The notes below the pieces were generated by a model that searched no databases, was not told the origin of the DNA, and was given only the letters and a program-made list of their open reading frames with translations. 50,919 nucleotides of DNA, from positions 1-50,919 of the forward strand of contig DAOSDD010000002.1 in the NCBI GenBank assembly GCA_035362115.1, in the 5' to 3' direction. Position numbers and translations under genes: made by a program. This document shows, one piece after another, positions 37,785 to 48,393 of this stretch (position 1 is the first letter of the stretch; each line of letters opens with the position of its first letter). The stretch is from Clostridiales bacterium (GTDB taxonomy: Bacteria; Bacillota; Clostridia; Acetivibrionales; DUMC01).

Positions 37785-39977
37785 TTATTCAATCTTAAAT
37801 TTATTGATTTCCTCTAATAGCTTAGAGGCTGCATCGTTAAGATCTTTTGCATAATTAGCCAGTTCTTCTATACTAGATACCTGTTCTTCAATTGATGCAG
37901 TCACTTCCTGTGAATAGGCGGCTGTTTCTTCGGATACAGCAGAAATACTCTGTATGGAATTCATTGTGTCTTCCTTGTTGTGTTCCATTTTAGTTATATA
38001 TTCTATTATTTGTCTGATCTTTTCAACTAATAATTCCATTGATGAAGATATTTTCTCAAAAACAGCAGTGGTTCCAACAACAGCCTCATTCTGTGAGTTT
38101 ATTACTTTACCGGCTCTTTCAGCTCTTTCTACAGTTTGAATAGTTTGCTTCTGTATGGATTTTATTAAAACGGAAATCTCACGTGATGCAGACATGGATT
38201 GCTCAGCAAGTTTTCTCACCTCAGTTGCTACAACTGAGAAACCTCTGCCCATTTCACCTGCTCTTGCTGCTTCAATAGCGGCATTTAATGCAAGTAAATT
38301 AGTCTGGCTTGCAATTTTACTTATTACATCAACAATTTCACCGATTGATTCGGAATTTTTCCCAAGAACATCAATATCCTGTAATATAGAATTTGAAATT
38401 GATATAGTCTCACTTGACTTTTCAGTAAGATCTTTTATAGAAGACAAACCTTCCCTTGTAAAATCCAATGTTTTTAATGAGAAATCTTCAATTGCTTTGG
38501 CATTTTCAAATACATTATTTATTTCATTAGCCAATTCGCTCATCTTAATTGTACTCTGTTCAGCATCACTAGCCTGGGACGAGGCTCCCTGAGCAATTTC
38601 CTGAACAGCGATAGATATTTCATTGGATACGGAAGAAACTTCCTGAGCTGTTGTAGAAACAGTGTCTGCAGCAGTAGAAACTGTCCGGGTAAGTCCCATC
38701 ACTTGTTTAATTAGTCCCCTCATATTGCCCAGCATTGACGATATATTACCAGCCAGAAAACCCAGCTCATCTTTGCGATCCGACTCTGTGTCTACTGTCA
38801 GATTGCCTGTAGATGCCTGATTAGCTACTATGTTAATTTTATTTATTATATTCCCAATTCCCATAGCCATAAAAACTCCTATTGCAAGAGCACATAACAC
38901 TGATAATATAACTAATAACACTGTAGTTTGCGCAATTTTTCTTGAAGAAGAAAGCAATGTAGATTCCGGTATAAGGTTGAAAAGTATATATCCGGATTCA
39001 CCGATCTTTTGATATGACATAAGATATTTCTTTTTACTGACAGAAACTATTGATGAGCCTTTAGCTTCTTCACTTTTTATTATTTGCTTGTAAAATGGCT
39101 GCTCTGTTATATTAATTTGGACAAGAGTTTTATCCTTTTTACTCTGGTTATCTTCACTTTTATCTGTTTTGTTGACATTGGCTTCATTGGAAACTTCTTT
39201 ATTAACAGAAGAATATTGATAACCATCGGGGCTTACTATAAAAAATTCATCATCTTCACTGAACCTCATATCATCGAACAATGAATCAACAATATTTATA
39301 TTTAAATCCAACATTAAGAAACCTACAGGTTTTGAAAGGGTCATGCTTTTAACTATTCTTACTGCACTCAGAGAGAAATCTAAAGGTACGCTGCCTGTAA
39401 TATTATCGATTTCAGAATGATTGCCTGCCCATAACAGCTTTCCTTCAGCAGCAGCTGCTTTTTTATATAATTCAGTATCCTTAATGGAATCAATGTTATA
39501 TCCATATGTATTATTTATACCTGATGCTAGTATTTTATTCTCATCTCCAATAAGAAGGACGTTTTTTATAAATTTATTACTAAAAGTTGTTCTGCTAAAA
39601 GACTTTTCTGCATCCTGTCTTATTTGGAGCATATCGAAATCAGTCTTTGAAAATCTACCATCTTTATTTGTTAATAGGTCCTGGATATTTTGATCTAAAT
39701 ATATTTGCATGGAAAAAGATTCTACATTAGAAAAAAGCAGATTTAAATAGTTTTGTGCTTGTATCATTGTATTTTCTGTTGATGAGGTAGCAAGCTTCTT
39801 AATAGATTTTGAAGATGTAGAGAATGATATTGCTCCTAATAGAACCATAGGAATAACTAACGCCATGAATGCTGCAATTAGTTTTGTACGAATGCTGTAA
39901 AGTGATTTTGAATCTAAAAATGGTATCTTTTTTAATACATTTAAAGGTACTTTAAAAATTTTTTTTAATGGTTTCAT
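37785..39977 (-). CDS. Methyl-accepting chemotaxis protein with large extracellular (dCache-like) sensor and HAMP
   Basis: 730 aa with two TM segments flanking a periplasmic domain of about 300 aa. The highly conserved signalling hairpin LLALNAAIEAARAGEMGRGFSVVATEVRKLAEQS is present. Confidence 0.9.
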   Translation of the reverse strand: MKPLKKIFKVPLNVLKKIPFLDSKSLYSIRTKLIAAFMALVIPMVLLGAISFSTSSKSIKKLATSSTENTMIQAQNYLNLLFSNVESFSMQIYLDQNIQDLLTNKDGRFSKTDFDMLQIRQDAEKSFSRTTFSNKFIKNVLLIGDENKILASGINNTYGYNIDSIKDTELYKKAAAAEGKLLWAGNHSEIDNITGSVPLDFSLSAVRIVKSMTLSKPVGFLMLDLNINIVDSLFDDMRFSEDDEFFIVSPDGYQYSSVNKEVSNEANVNKTDKSEDNQSKKDKTLVQINITEQPFYKQIIKSEEAKGSSIVSVSKKKYLMSYQKIGESGYILFNLIPESTLLSSSRKIAQTTVLLVILSVLCALAIGVFMAMGIGNIINKINIVANQASTGNLTVDTESDRKDELGFLAGNISSMLGNMRGLIKQVMGLTRTVSTAADTVSTTAQEVSSVSNEISIAVQEIAQGASSQASDAEQSTIKMSELANEINNVFENAKAIEDFSLKTLDFTREGLSSIKDLTEKSSETISISNSILQDIDVLGKNSESIGEIVDVISKIASQTNLLALNAAIEAARAGEMGRGFSVVATEVRKLAEQSMSASREISVLIKSIQKQTIQTVERAERAGKVINSQNEAVVGTTAVFEKISSSMELLVEKIRQIIEYITKMEHNKEDTMNSIQSISAVSEETAAYSQEVTASIEEQVSSIEELANYAKDLNDAASKLLEEINKFKIE

Positions 39978-40228
39978 AAGTAAAGATACACCTCTTTCTT
40001 TAAAATTCTCATTATGCTAATATTGCTTTGCTGAAAAAGCATAATTAAAGTGTTAATATTTGAGCACTATATTATCTTTCGGCATGCAAAAATAAAAATT
40101 AATACGATAACATAAATTTCATACCATTATTTATGGAAATTGAAATTATTAGGCAGGTTGGTTTGTCTATGGAAAATATACCTGAAGTGTGATATTATTG
40201 GTAAAGAACCATTAATGGAGGTGTAATA

Positions 40229-42706
40229 GTGCAGTCTCAAAAAAAACAAAAGAAAAAGTACATAGTTAAGAAGAAGCAAGCAAAAAGCTCAATTAAACAG
40301 CCAAAACACTCGACTAATAAAAGCAATAATAGTGTTTATAATGAAATTACCGAGATTTTGATACTTTCACTTGGACTGCTGATTTTTCTCAGCTACTATA
40401 TAGATGATTCTATGGGCATATTCGGAAGCCTGGTCAAAAAAATCCTAACCGGTATGGCGGGAATACCATCTTTCCTCATACCTCTGATGCTTATTGTTTT
40501 TCCGATACTTATGATCTTCAAAAAAGACAAAGCAACTATGAGGAAAAAAGGCATATATGCTTTTATCCTTTTATCATTAGTTTGTGCAATATTTCATTCA
40601 GGTACATATAAATATTTTGATTATGTTAATCGTTCACCTGTAGATTGCATAGTTAAATTTTACAACGATGGTAAAGGCTTTATAGGAGGAGGTGTTATTG
40701 GAGGAGTCATTTCACTTCCGCTTTTATTATTATTCCAAACATTAGGTACTATTGTAATATTAACCACGGCTGCTATAATAATGTTAATATTGATTACGGA
40801 CATTTCCCTGCACGAAATTACCAGAAATGTAATTAGTTCTATTTTAACAGGAAGCAGAAATCTGGTTCGGGGAATTCGGGAAGGAAGAGAAATGGATGTA
40901 ATTGAGGACAGTAATTTATATGAATTTGGCTCGCATATGAATTCTGCTAATACGAATGAAATCTACACAGAAGGTAAAGATGAAGGGTCAGGCTTTACAC
41001 TTAATATTAAAGGCGGAGAGGAAGTTTATGTTACAGGCGATTCTAACGATGAACAGCAAACTAAAGTAGTAGATATTAAACAACATAGGAAAGCTAAGTT
41101 CCTCACCTTAAATAATGAAAAGGCATTGGAAGTGGAAGTAAAGCAGCAACAGTGTGGTTCTGAATTTAAAACAGAAGTTCAAATGATAGATAAGGAATCA
41201 GAAAAATCTATTCCTGAAAATGATAAGAAAGTAGCTGGGAAAAATGTCCGGGAAATGTTTTATAAATATCCACCAATAAGCATTTTAAATAGCAATCAGG
41301 AGAATGGGAAAAATCTTAAAAATTATAAAAATACTGCGATTGAAGGAGCAAAAAAACTTGAAGAAACTCTGAAGAGTTTCGGAGTAGAGGCTAAAGTTGT
41401 TAATGTAAGCATAGGGCCTGTAATTACCAGATATGAAATACAGCCCAGTTCTGGAGTTAAAGTCAGTAGAATTGTTAGTCTGGCAGATGATATTGCATTA
41501 AACCTTGCATCTTCCGGAGTCAGAATAGAAGCTCCCATTCCGGGGAAAGCGGCAATTGGCATTGAAGTACCCAATAAGGAAGTGACGCCTGTGCTATTGA
41601 GAGAGGTAATTGAATCACAGGAGTTTAACAAGCACCCTTCAAAAGTTGCTTTTTCTGTTGGAAAAGATATTTCAGGTGAGTGTGTTGTAGCAGACATTGC
41701 CAAAATGCCTCACATGCTTATTGCAGGAGCTACAGGCTCAGGGAAAAGTGTATGTATAAACAGCTTGATTATGAGTATCCTTTATAAGTCTTCTCCAGAT
41801 GAGGTTAAAATGCTCTTAATTGACCCTAAAGTAGTTGAACTTGGAGTTTATAATGGCATTCCCCATTTGCTTATTCCTGTGGTCACAGATCCTAAAAAAG
41901 CTGCAGGAGCCTTAAACTGGGCGGTACAGGAAATGATTAACAGGTACAAACTATTTGCAGATAAGGGTGTAAGAGATATAAAAGGATATAATGAATTAGT
42001 CTCCAATTCCGATGAACAGGATCGTCTTCCCCTAATAGTTATAATTATCGATGAATTGTCAGACCTCATGATGGCAGCACCGGGTGATGTTGAGGATGCT
42101 ATCTGCCGTCTGGCCCAGATGGCAAGGGCTGCCGGTATGCATATTGTAATAGCTACTCAACGCCCCTCTGTTGATGTTATAACAGGTTTGATTAAAGCCA
42201 ATATACCTTCAAGAATATCTTTTGCTGTATCATCACAGGTTGATTCCAGGACAATACTTGATATTGGTGGTGCTGAAAAACTCCTTGGCAAAGGCGATAT
42301 GCTGTTTTACCCTGCAGGTAGGCAAAAGCCTCTCAGAGTTCAGGGTGCATTTGTAAGCGATAAGGAAGTTGAAAATACTGTTGAATTTATTAAATCCCAG
42401 TGCAATCACGAGTACGATAATGCTATTATTGATGAAATTGATAACAGCTCTGCAAAAGAAGAAAATTTGGATAGCGAATATGATGAGCTGCTTCCCCAGG
42501 CAATTGAAATGGTTGTGGAAGCAGGCCAGGCCTCTGTATCTCTTGTACAGAGAAGGTTTAAAGTAGGATATGCAAGAGCTGCCAGAATAATAGATCAGAT
42601 GGAAGCCAGGGGTATAGTGGGAGGATTCGAAGGCAGTAAACCAAGACAGATTCTTATTACAAAACAGCAGTGGCAGGAGATGAAAATGTCAGTGGAACAG
42701 GGATAA
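40229..42706 (+). CDS. ftsK: DNA translocase FtsK/SpoIIIE
   Basis: 825 aa with N-terminal TM segments, a linker, the motor domain (Walker A GATGSGKSV, IIIDELSDLMM) and a C-terminal gamma winged helix (SVSLVQRRFKVGYARAARIIDQME). The GTG start follows a GGAGGTG SD. Confidence 0.95.
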   Translation: MQSQKKQKKKYIVKKKQAKSSIKQPKHSTNKSNNSVYNEITEILILSLGLLIFLSYYIDDSMGIFGSLVKKILTGMAGIPSFLIPLMLIVFPILMIFKKDKATMRKKGIYAFILLSLVCAIFHSGTYKYFDYVNRSPVDCIVKFYNDGKGFIGGGVIGGVISLPLLLLFQTLGTIVILTTAAIIMLILITDISLHEITRNVISSILTGSRNLVRGIREGREMDVIEDSNLYEFGSHMNSANTNEIYTEGKDEGSGFTLNIKGGEEVYVTGDSNDEQQTKVVDIKQHRKAKFLTLNNEKALEVEVKQQQCGSEFKTEVQMIDKESEKSIPENDKKVAGKNVREMFYKYPPISILNSNQENGKNLKNYKNTAIEGAKKLEETLKSFGVEAKVVNVSIGPVITRYEIQPSSGVKVSRIVSLADDIALNLASSGVRIEAPIPGKAAIGIEVPNKEVTPVLLREVIESQEFNKHPSKVAFSVGKDISGECVVADIAKMPHMLIAGATGSGKSVCINSLIMSILYKSSPDEVKMLLIDPKVVELGVYNGIPHLLIPVVTDPKKAAGALNWAVQEMINRYKLFADKGVRDIKGYNELVSNSDEQDRLPLIVIIIDELSDLMMAAPGDVEDAICRLAQMARAAGMHIVIATQRPSVDVITGLIKANIPSRISFAVSSQVDSRTILDIGGAEKLLGKGDMLFYPAGRQKPLRVQGAFVSDKEVENTVEFIKSQCNHEYDNAIIDEIDNSSAKEENLDSEYDELLPQAIEMVVEAGQASVSLVQRRFKVGYARAARIIDQMEARGIVGGFEGSKPRQILITKQQWQEMKMSVEQG

Positions 42707-42732
42707 CAATCATTGCCCCCTTACCTTATATC

Positions 42733-42761
42733 TTGACACATACTTTAAAAAAGTTTACAAT
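42733..42761 (+). promoter_or_regulatory. Putative sigma-A promoter of rny
   Basis: TTGACA, a 17-nt spacer, then TACAAT. Confidence 0.65.
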
Positions 42762-42831
42762 TAATCTATGCTAAGAATCCCATTAATAAAAAAATTTGGG
42801 GAATGACCATTGAAAACTGAATACAGAGGAG

Positions 42832-44391
42832 GTGTCGGCCATTTTTGTTTATGGATTATTATTAGGATTATTAATAGCAATTATTGCTTCATTTATAATG
42901 TTCCGGCTTGGGATTAATTATAGAAAAAAGGTTGCTGAGGCTGAAATAGGCAGTGCCGAGCAAGAAGCAAAACGGATATTAAGTGAAGCCCAAAAAGCAG
43001 CTGAAAGTAAGAAAAGAGAAATACTTCTTGAAGCTAAAGAAGAGATCCATAAGAGTAGAATGGAACTTGATAAGGAAATTAAAGAAAGAAGGAATGAAAT
43101 CCAACGTTTTGAGAGAAGACTTGTACAAAAAGAGGAAACACTCGATAGAAAACTAGAATCTCTTGAACAAAAGGATGAACTGTTAAACAAGAAAGTTAAA
43201 GATGTTCAGGCACAGGAAGAAAAGGTAACAGGAGTTCTGGAAAATCATCTTAAGGAACTTGAAAGAATTTCCGGCCTGACAGTGGAAGACGCTAAAGAAT
43301 ACCTTCTGAAAAGTGTTGAAAGTGAAGTTAAACATGAAATGGCAATTCTTGTTAAGGAGCTTGAATCAAAAGCTAAAGAAGAAGCCGACAGAAAAGCCAA
43401 GGAAATTATTTCCTGCGCAATACAAAAATGTGCTGCTGACCATGTTTCTGAAATTACCGTATCGGTAGTTCCTCTTCCGAATGATGAAATGAAGGGCAGA
43501 ATCATCGGTCGTGAAGGACGTAACATAAGAACTTTGGAGACTTTAACTGGTATTGATTTGATTATTGATGATACGCCTGAGGCAGTGATACTTTCAGGAT
43601 TTGACCCGATTCGCAGAGAAGTGGCCCGGATTTCACTGGAAAAACTCATACTTGATGGAAGAATACATCCTGCAAGAATTGAGGAAATGGTAGAGAAGGC
43701 CAAAAAGGAAGTCGAAAATACTATAAGACAGGAAGGCGACAATGCAACATTTGAAACAGGTGTTCATGGATTGCACCCTGAACTAATAAGACTTCTTGGT
43801 AAGTTGAAATTCAGGACAAGTTATGGCCAGAATGTTTTATATCACTCAATTGAAGTATCCAGGCTTGCCGGAATTATGGCGTCAGAAATTGGTGTGGATG
43901 TTAACCTGGCTAAAAGAGCAGGGTTGCTACATGATATTGGTAAAGCCATCGATCATGAAGTGGAAGGTTCTCACGTAATGATTGGTGCTGACCTGGTTAA
44001 GAGATATAAAGAAGGAAATGAAATTATAAATGCAATTTTGGCTCATCATGGTGATGTTGAACCAACATCGATAATTTCCGTACTTGTACAGGCAGCTGAT
44101 TCCATATCGGCAGCAAGGCCTGGTGCAAGAAGGGAGACCTTGGAATCATATATAAAGAGGATAGAAAAATTGGAGGAAATAGCAAATTCCTTTACTGGAG
44201 TAGAGAAATCATATGCAATACAGGCAGGTAGAGAAGTAAGGATAATTGTTAAACCTGATGATGTTTCGGATGAAGAAGTATATTTAAAGGCAAGGGATAT
44301 AGTTAAAAAAATTGAAAGTGAACTAGAATATCCGGGTCAGATTAAAGTGAACGTTATCAGAGAAACCCGGGCAATTGAATATGCAAAATAG
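42832..44391 (+). CDS. rny: Ribonuclease Y
   Basis: Near-colinear with B. subtilis RNase Y as I remember it ([54 protein letters not shown]; HD domain [17 protein letters not shown]). The GTG 42832 start overlaps the GAGGAGG SD, so the exact start is uncertain. Confidence 0.95.
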   Translation: MSAIFVYGLLLGLLIAIIASFIMFRLGINYRKKVAEAEIGSAEQEAKRILSEAQKAAESKKREILLEAKEEIHKSRMELDKEIKERRNEIQRFERRLVQKEETLDRKLESLEQKDELLNKKVKDVQAQEEKVTGVLENHLKELERISGLTVEDAKEYLLKSVESEVKHEMAILVKELESKAKEEADRKAKEIISCAIQKCAADHVSEITVSVVPLPNDEMKGRIIGREGRNIRTLETLTGIDLIIDDTPEAVILSGFDPIRREVARISLEKLILDGRIHPARIEEMVEKAKKEVENTIRQEGDNATFETGVHGLHPELIRLLGKLKFRTSYGQNVLYHSIEVSRLAGIMASEIGVDVNLAKRAGLLHDIGKAIDHEVEGSHVMIGADLVKRYKEGNEIINAILAHHGDVEPTSIISVLVQAADSISAARPGARRETLESYIKRIEKLEEIANSFTGVEKSYAIQAGREVRIIVKPDDVSDEEVYLKARDIVKKIESELEYPGQIKVNVIRETRAIEYAK

Positions 44392-44395
44392 TATT

Positions 44396-44422
44396 AAAAA
44401 AAGCGTGGAAACACGCTTTTTT
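44396..44422 (+). terminator. Intrinsic terminator after rny
   Basis: AAAAAAAGCGTG-GAAA-CACGCTTTTTT. Confidence 0.85.
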
Positions 44423-44550
44423 AATATTTAACACTATTTTCCTCGCACCTTTTGATGAGATGTTGCGTCTTTATATTGCAGTGCAGGCTTGCTTAATTAC
44501 CAGCTGCTTGCTGCAATATGCTTATAGGGAAATGGAATGGAGGATATATA

Positions 44551-45336
44551 TTGAAAATATTGTTTGTTGGAGATGTGGTGGGAAATCCGGGAAGAAAAAC
44601 AGTAAAGATGATTTTGCCGGAGATGAAAAGAAATTTATCAATAGATTACTGCATAGCGAATTGTGAAAATGCAGCAGGAGGAAGCGGTATTACTTATGCA
44701 GTAGCGCAGGAGCTGTTTAATTCAGGCGTAGATGTAATTACTTTAGGCAATCATACCTGGTCAAAGAAAGAAATTGTAAATTTTATAGATACAGAAACAA
44801 GGGTAGTCAGACCTGCCAATTACCCACAGGAACTGCCTGGAAAAGGAGCTACTGTAATAGGCAATGATAATAAAGGATCAATAGGAGTATTGAATTTATT
44901 AGGGAGAGTGTATCTTGACAGTGTAGATTGTCCTTTCAGAACAGCAGAAAAGGAAATTCAGTACTTGAAAAATTTTACGAAAGTAATAGTGGTAGATATG
45001 CATGCTGAAGCTACATCGGAAAAAACTGCACTTGCATGGTATTTGGATGGTAAAGTAAGTTGTGTTCTGGGAACTCATACCCATGTGCAAACCGCAGATG
45101 AAAGAATCCTTCCATGCGGTACGGGGTATATTACCGATGCAGGTATGACGGGGCCGTATGAAGGGATATTGGGAGTTGACAGGGAAATAATAGTAAATAA
45201 GTTTTTAACATATATGCCTGCTAAATTTGAACTGGCAAAAGGAAGCACACAATTTAACGCCGTCCTGCTTGACATTGATGAAAAAAATGGCCGCACATAT
45301 AGAATTAAAAGAGTACTGCAAGTTATGAATGTATAA
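44551..45336 (+). CDS. ymdB: TIGR00282/YmdB family metallophosphoesterase (2',3'-cyclic-nucleotide phosphodiesterase)
   Basis: ORF 44518-45336. The likely start is TTG 44551 (xKILFVGDVVG), 6 nt after a GGAGGA SD. The motifs are GNHTW, DMHAEATSEK and GTHTHVQTAD. Confidence 0.9.
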   Translation: MKILFVGDVVGNPGRKTVKMILPEMKRNLSIDYCIANCENAAGGSGITYAVAQELFNSGVDVITLGNHTWSKKEIVNFIDTETRVVRPANYPQELPGKGATVIGNDNKGSIGVLNLLGRVYLDSVDCPFRTAEKEIQYLKNFTKVIVVDMHAEATSEKTALAWYLDGKVSCVLGTHTHVQTADERILPCGTGYITDAGMTGPYEGILGVDREIIVNKFLTYMPAKFELAKGSTQFNAVLLDIDEKNGRTYRIKRVLQVMNV

Positions 45337-45362
45337 AATTATATTATTTTCCTAATAAAAAA

Positions 45363-45387
45363 AGGATTATTATGTTTTATGTAGAAT
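45363..45387 (+). promoter_or_regulatory. Possible sigma-H-type promoter of spoVS
   Basis: AAAGGATTA, 17 nt between AGGA and GAAT, then AGAATTA. This resembles the sigma-H consensus (AGGAwwT ... GAAT), and spoVS is sigma-H dependent in B. subtilis. Confidence 0.3.
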
Positions 45388-45451
45388 TAATAAGTGTAAA
45401 TATCTACTTTTAACCGAACTACCACTATTTGCTTTAAGGGGGTAATATTAA

Positions 45452-45715
45452 ATGGATGTTTTAAAAGTTTCAGCAAAATCCAATCCAAATTCTGTAGCAG
45501 GAGCTTTAGCAGGTGTAATACGGGAAAAAGGCTCGGCGGAGATGCAAGCTATAGGTGCAGGAGCAATTAATCAGGCAATTAAGGCCATAGCTATTGCCCG
45601 GGGTTTTGTAGCGCCATCCGGGATAGAATTGATTTGCATTCCTGCATTTGCCGATATAGTAATAGACGGCGAGGAAAGAACAGCTATTAAACTTATAATT
45701 GAACCCAGGAAATAG
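45452..45715 (+). CDS. spoVS: Stage V sporulation protein S
   Basis: 87 aa. MDVLKVSAKSNPNSVAGALAGVIREKG...AIGAGAINQAIKAIAIARGF is almost invariant SpoVS sequence. Confidence 0.95.
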   Translation: MDVLKVSAKSNPNSVAGALAGVIREKGSAEMQAIGAGAINQAIKAIAIARGFVAPSGIELICIPAFADIVIDGEERTAIKLIIEPRK

Positions 45716-45849
45716 ATGCTTCAATTGATGCATCTAAAAAGACTTTAATGAAGCGTCCTTAAATTAAAGAGTGAGTGATATTAGAAGGAGTGAGTATTTT
45801 TAGCAGGACAGTGAGTAACCCAAATAACAGTATATATGAAAATATATAC

Positions 45850-46653
45850 ATGAAAAAAGATGAACTTGAGTATATGCAGTTTTCGCCTCTTACTAAATAC
45901 AACCAGATATTGACACACTGCTTTACAACCAGAAGAGGTGGTGTAAGTATTGGAGGATGTTCAACCTTAAATCTTGGATTCGGACGTAACGACAGTAGAA
46001 CAAATGTTATAGAAAATTTTAAGAGAGTATGCGATACCTTGAATATTGAATTGGATGATCTGGTTCTGTCGGACCAGATACATGGCACAGAAATTAAGGT
46101 TGTAGATGAGAAAGATAGAGGAAAGGGCATTGTACTGGATAGCGATATTAAAGGTTATGATGGGTTGGTAACTAATATAGAAAAAGTTGCATTGGTTACT
46201 TTCTATGCAGATTGTGTTCCCATATACTTTTTTGATCCTGTGAAAAAAGTTATCGGACTTGCACATTCCGGTTGGAGGGGTACTCTTTATCAAATTGCTG
46301 CAAATATGATAAGCATAATGGACAAAGAATACAACTGCAATCCTGAGGAGGTAATATCAGTTGTAGGGCCATCCATAGGTCAGTGCTGTTTTGAAATAGG
46401 AATTGAAGTAATAACAGAGTTCGTGAAGAAAATCATCTGGAGTAAAGATTTCTGTAAAAATATAGGACAAGGTAAAGCTTATATTGATTTGCAGGGAATA
46501 ATCAAACAGACATTAATACATTCCGGAGTAAGAAGTGACAACATATTTATTAGCGGTATTTGTACAAAATGCAATAAAGATGTGTTTTTTTCCCATAGAG
46601 GGGATAAAGGTAAAACAGGAAGTCTTGCAGCAATAATGCAATTAAGGAGATAA
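45850..46653 (+). CDS. pgeF: Peptidoglycan editing factor PgeF (YfiH/YlmD, DUF152)
   Basis: ORF 45775-46653. ATG 45850 is the first ATG, but the start is uncertain because no clear SD is present. The motifs are DQIHGT, ADCVPI, HSGWRGT and C..C...FFSHR. Confidence 0.85.
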   Translation: MKKDELEYMQFSPLTKYNQILTHCFTTRRGGVSIGGCSTLNLGFGRNDSRTNVIENFKRVCDTLNIELDDLVLSDQIHGTEIKVVDEKDRGKGIVLDSDIKGYDGLVTNIEKVALVTFYADCVPIYFFDPVKKVIGLAHSGWRGTLYQIAANMISIMDKEYNCNPEEVISVVGPSIGQCCFEIGIEVITEFVKKIIWSKDFCKNIGQGKAYIDLQGIIKQTLIHSGVRSDNIFISGICTKCNKDVFFSHRGDKGKTGSLAAIMQLRR

Positions 46654-46657
46654 AACA

Positions 46658-48388
46658 GTGAGTAAAGCCAGAGGCATATTTTTATCAATGGTTATTATTG
46701 TTATTTTGCTTATTAGTATGTCTTCATGCCAAAAGGAAGATTACATTTTAAAAAATGAAAAGCAAAATTCAGTATTGCCATCTTTAAAGGAAGATGGTGC
46801 TGTTGTTGATGGGGGACCTGTCAAAGGAGGCACCCTGAAATTATTCAGTACATTTCCCGATACTCTTGATCCCATAACTTCAAAGAACCCCTGGCTTCAA
46901 AATTATTTTAGCCTGGTTTTTGAAAGTATGATCAAACTCAATAAGAACCAGAAGCCTATAGGAAATTTAGCTGATAAATGGTATACATCGGAAGATGGAA
47001 ATACCTGGACTTTCCACATACGGGATGGTGTTGTATGGCAGGATGGTTATCCCTTAACAGCGCAGGATGTTGAGTTTACCATAAAGACTATTTTAGAGCG
47101 GAATCAGAATACAATTTACAGGTTTAATCTTGATAATATTTTATCTTTTACCGCTATAGACCGTAATACAATTGAAATTGTTTTAAAAAAGCCAAATGCA
47201 TTTACTGCAGAGTTAATGACTTTCCCCATAATATCAAAGCGTTTTTACAGCAAAATAGATAATAATGATAAGGAAGTATTTGCAACTAAATTTCCTCCTG
47301 GAACAGGCCCTTATAGTATACAATCCTATGATGAAAATAAATGCATTAAGTTGACTGCAAGCAGATCATGGTGGAAGAAAAAAATTAATGAAAATAATGA
47401 AATGCCTTATATACCCGATTTGGAAATCAAGCTTTACAAGAATACCAGAGAGGCATTTTCTGCTTTTCAAATGGGAAGTGTTGATGTAATTAATGTTGAC
47501 AATAATAGCATTGGTATTTATTCTGGAAAATCGGATGTGATTACAAAAAAATATGCAAACGGGGAATTCGATTTTCTGGCTTTCAACCTTTCAAATAATA
47601 CTTTAAGTGATAAGTATGTACGGCAGGCCATAGCGTCATCCCTTAACAAGAGCGAAATTGTAGGAGCAGTATTACCGGGATGTGCGGTAGAGGCCGGCAT
47701 GCCTTTAATACCAAATACATGGTTATATGAAATGGATGAATGGGTTAAGTCATTTTCAAATAATTCTCAGAAAACGAAACAATCTGATAATGTGAGAGAA
47801 TTATTAATTGAAAATGGCTGGGAGGAATATGATGGCAAATTATATAAACGTATATATGGGGCATTGAGGCCTTTAAAATTCAACATTATTGTTAATGAAG
47901 ATAATAATTGCAGAGTAAAAGTTGCGGAGAAAATTGCAGAGATACTAAACAACACAGGTATGGATGTCAGTGTTCATAAAGAAAAATGGAATCAAGTGTT
48001 GAAATTGGTAAATTCAAAAATGTATGATGCAGCAATATTGGGTTGCACAGTACCCCCATATCCTGATGTTTCATATTTATACTCTGCTCCTTACTTAACA
48101 TACCAGGGTTACGCAGCATCTTCAGCTGCCACTGCAGCTACAAATGTATCCGGATTTGAAAATGAAGAAGTATCGAAAATTATTGAAAAGGTTTTTTCCT
48201 CAAACAATCCAGATACTATAAAAGGATTGTATTCAAATTTGAAAAATGTTATCAATGATGAAGTTCCATATATAGGTTTGTATTTTTACTATGATGCTGT
48301 TTTTTATAATAAAAATGTGAGGGGCAATCTTGACCCTTATTTATGGGATGAGTATAATAATATAACTGAATGGTATATTTCTGAGTAA
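46658..48388 (+). CDS. ABC-transporter family-5 (peptide/nickel type) solute-binding lipoprotein, orphan
   Basis: 576 aa with a GTG start after an AAGGAG SD. It has a signal peptide with the lipobox-like sequence LISMSSC. WQDGYPLTAQDVEFT is typical of SBP_bac_5. Confidence 0.8.
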   Translation: MSKARGIFLSMVIIVILLISMSSCQKEDYILKNEKQNSVLPSLKEDGAVVDGGPVKGGTLKLFSTFPDTLDPITSKNPWLQNYFSLVFESMIKLNKNQKPIGNLADKWYTSEDGNTWTFHIRDGVVWQDGYPLTAQDVEFTIKTILERNQNTIYRFNLDNILSFTAIDRNTIEIVLKKPNAFTAELMTFPIISKRFYSKIDNNDKEVFATKFPPGTGPYSIQSYDENKCIKLTASRSWWKKKINENNEMPYIPDLEIKLYKNTREAFSAFQMGSVDVINVDNNSIGIYSGKSDVITKKYANGEFDFLAFNLSNNTLSDKYVRQAIASSLNKSEIVGAVLPGCAVEAGMPLIPNTWLYEMDEWVKSFSNNSQKTKQSDNVRELLIENGWEEYDGKLYKRIYGALRPLKFNIIVNEDNNCRVKVAEKIAEILNNTGMDVSVHKEKWNQVLKLVNSKMYDAAILGCTVPPYPDVSYLYSAPYLTYQGYAASSAATAATNVSGFENEEVSKIIEKVFSSNNPDTIKGLYSNLKNVINDEVPYIGLYFYYDAVFYNKNVRGNLDPYLWDEYNNITEWYISE

Positions 48389-48393
48389 AATAA

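Noticed and set aside
44460-44666. 68-aa ORF overlapping the ymdB start region
   Set aside because: It is in a different frame from ymdB and has no SD. The ymdB N-terminus (KILFVGDVVG) is the conserved one.
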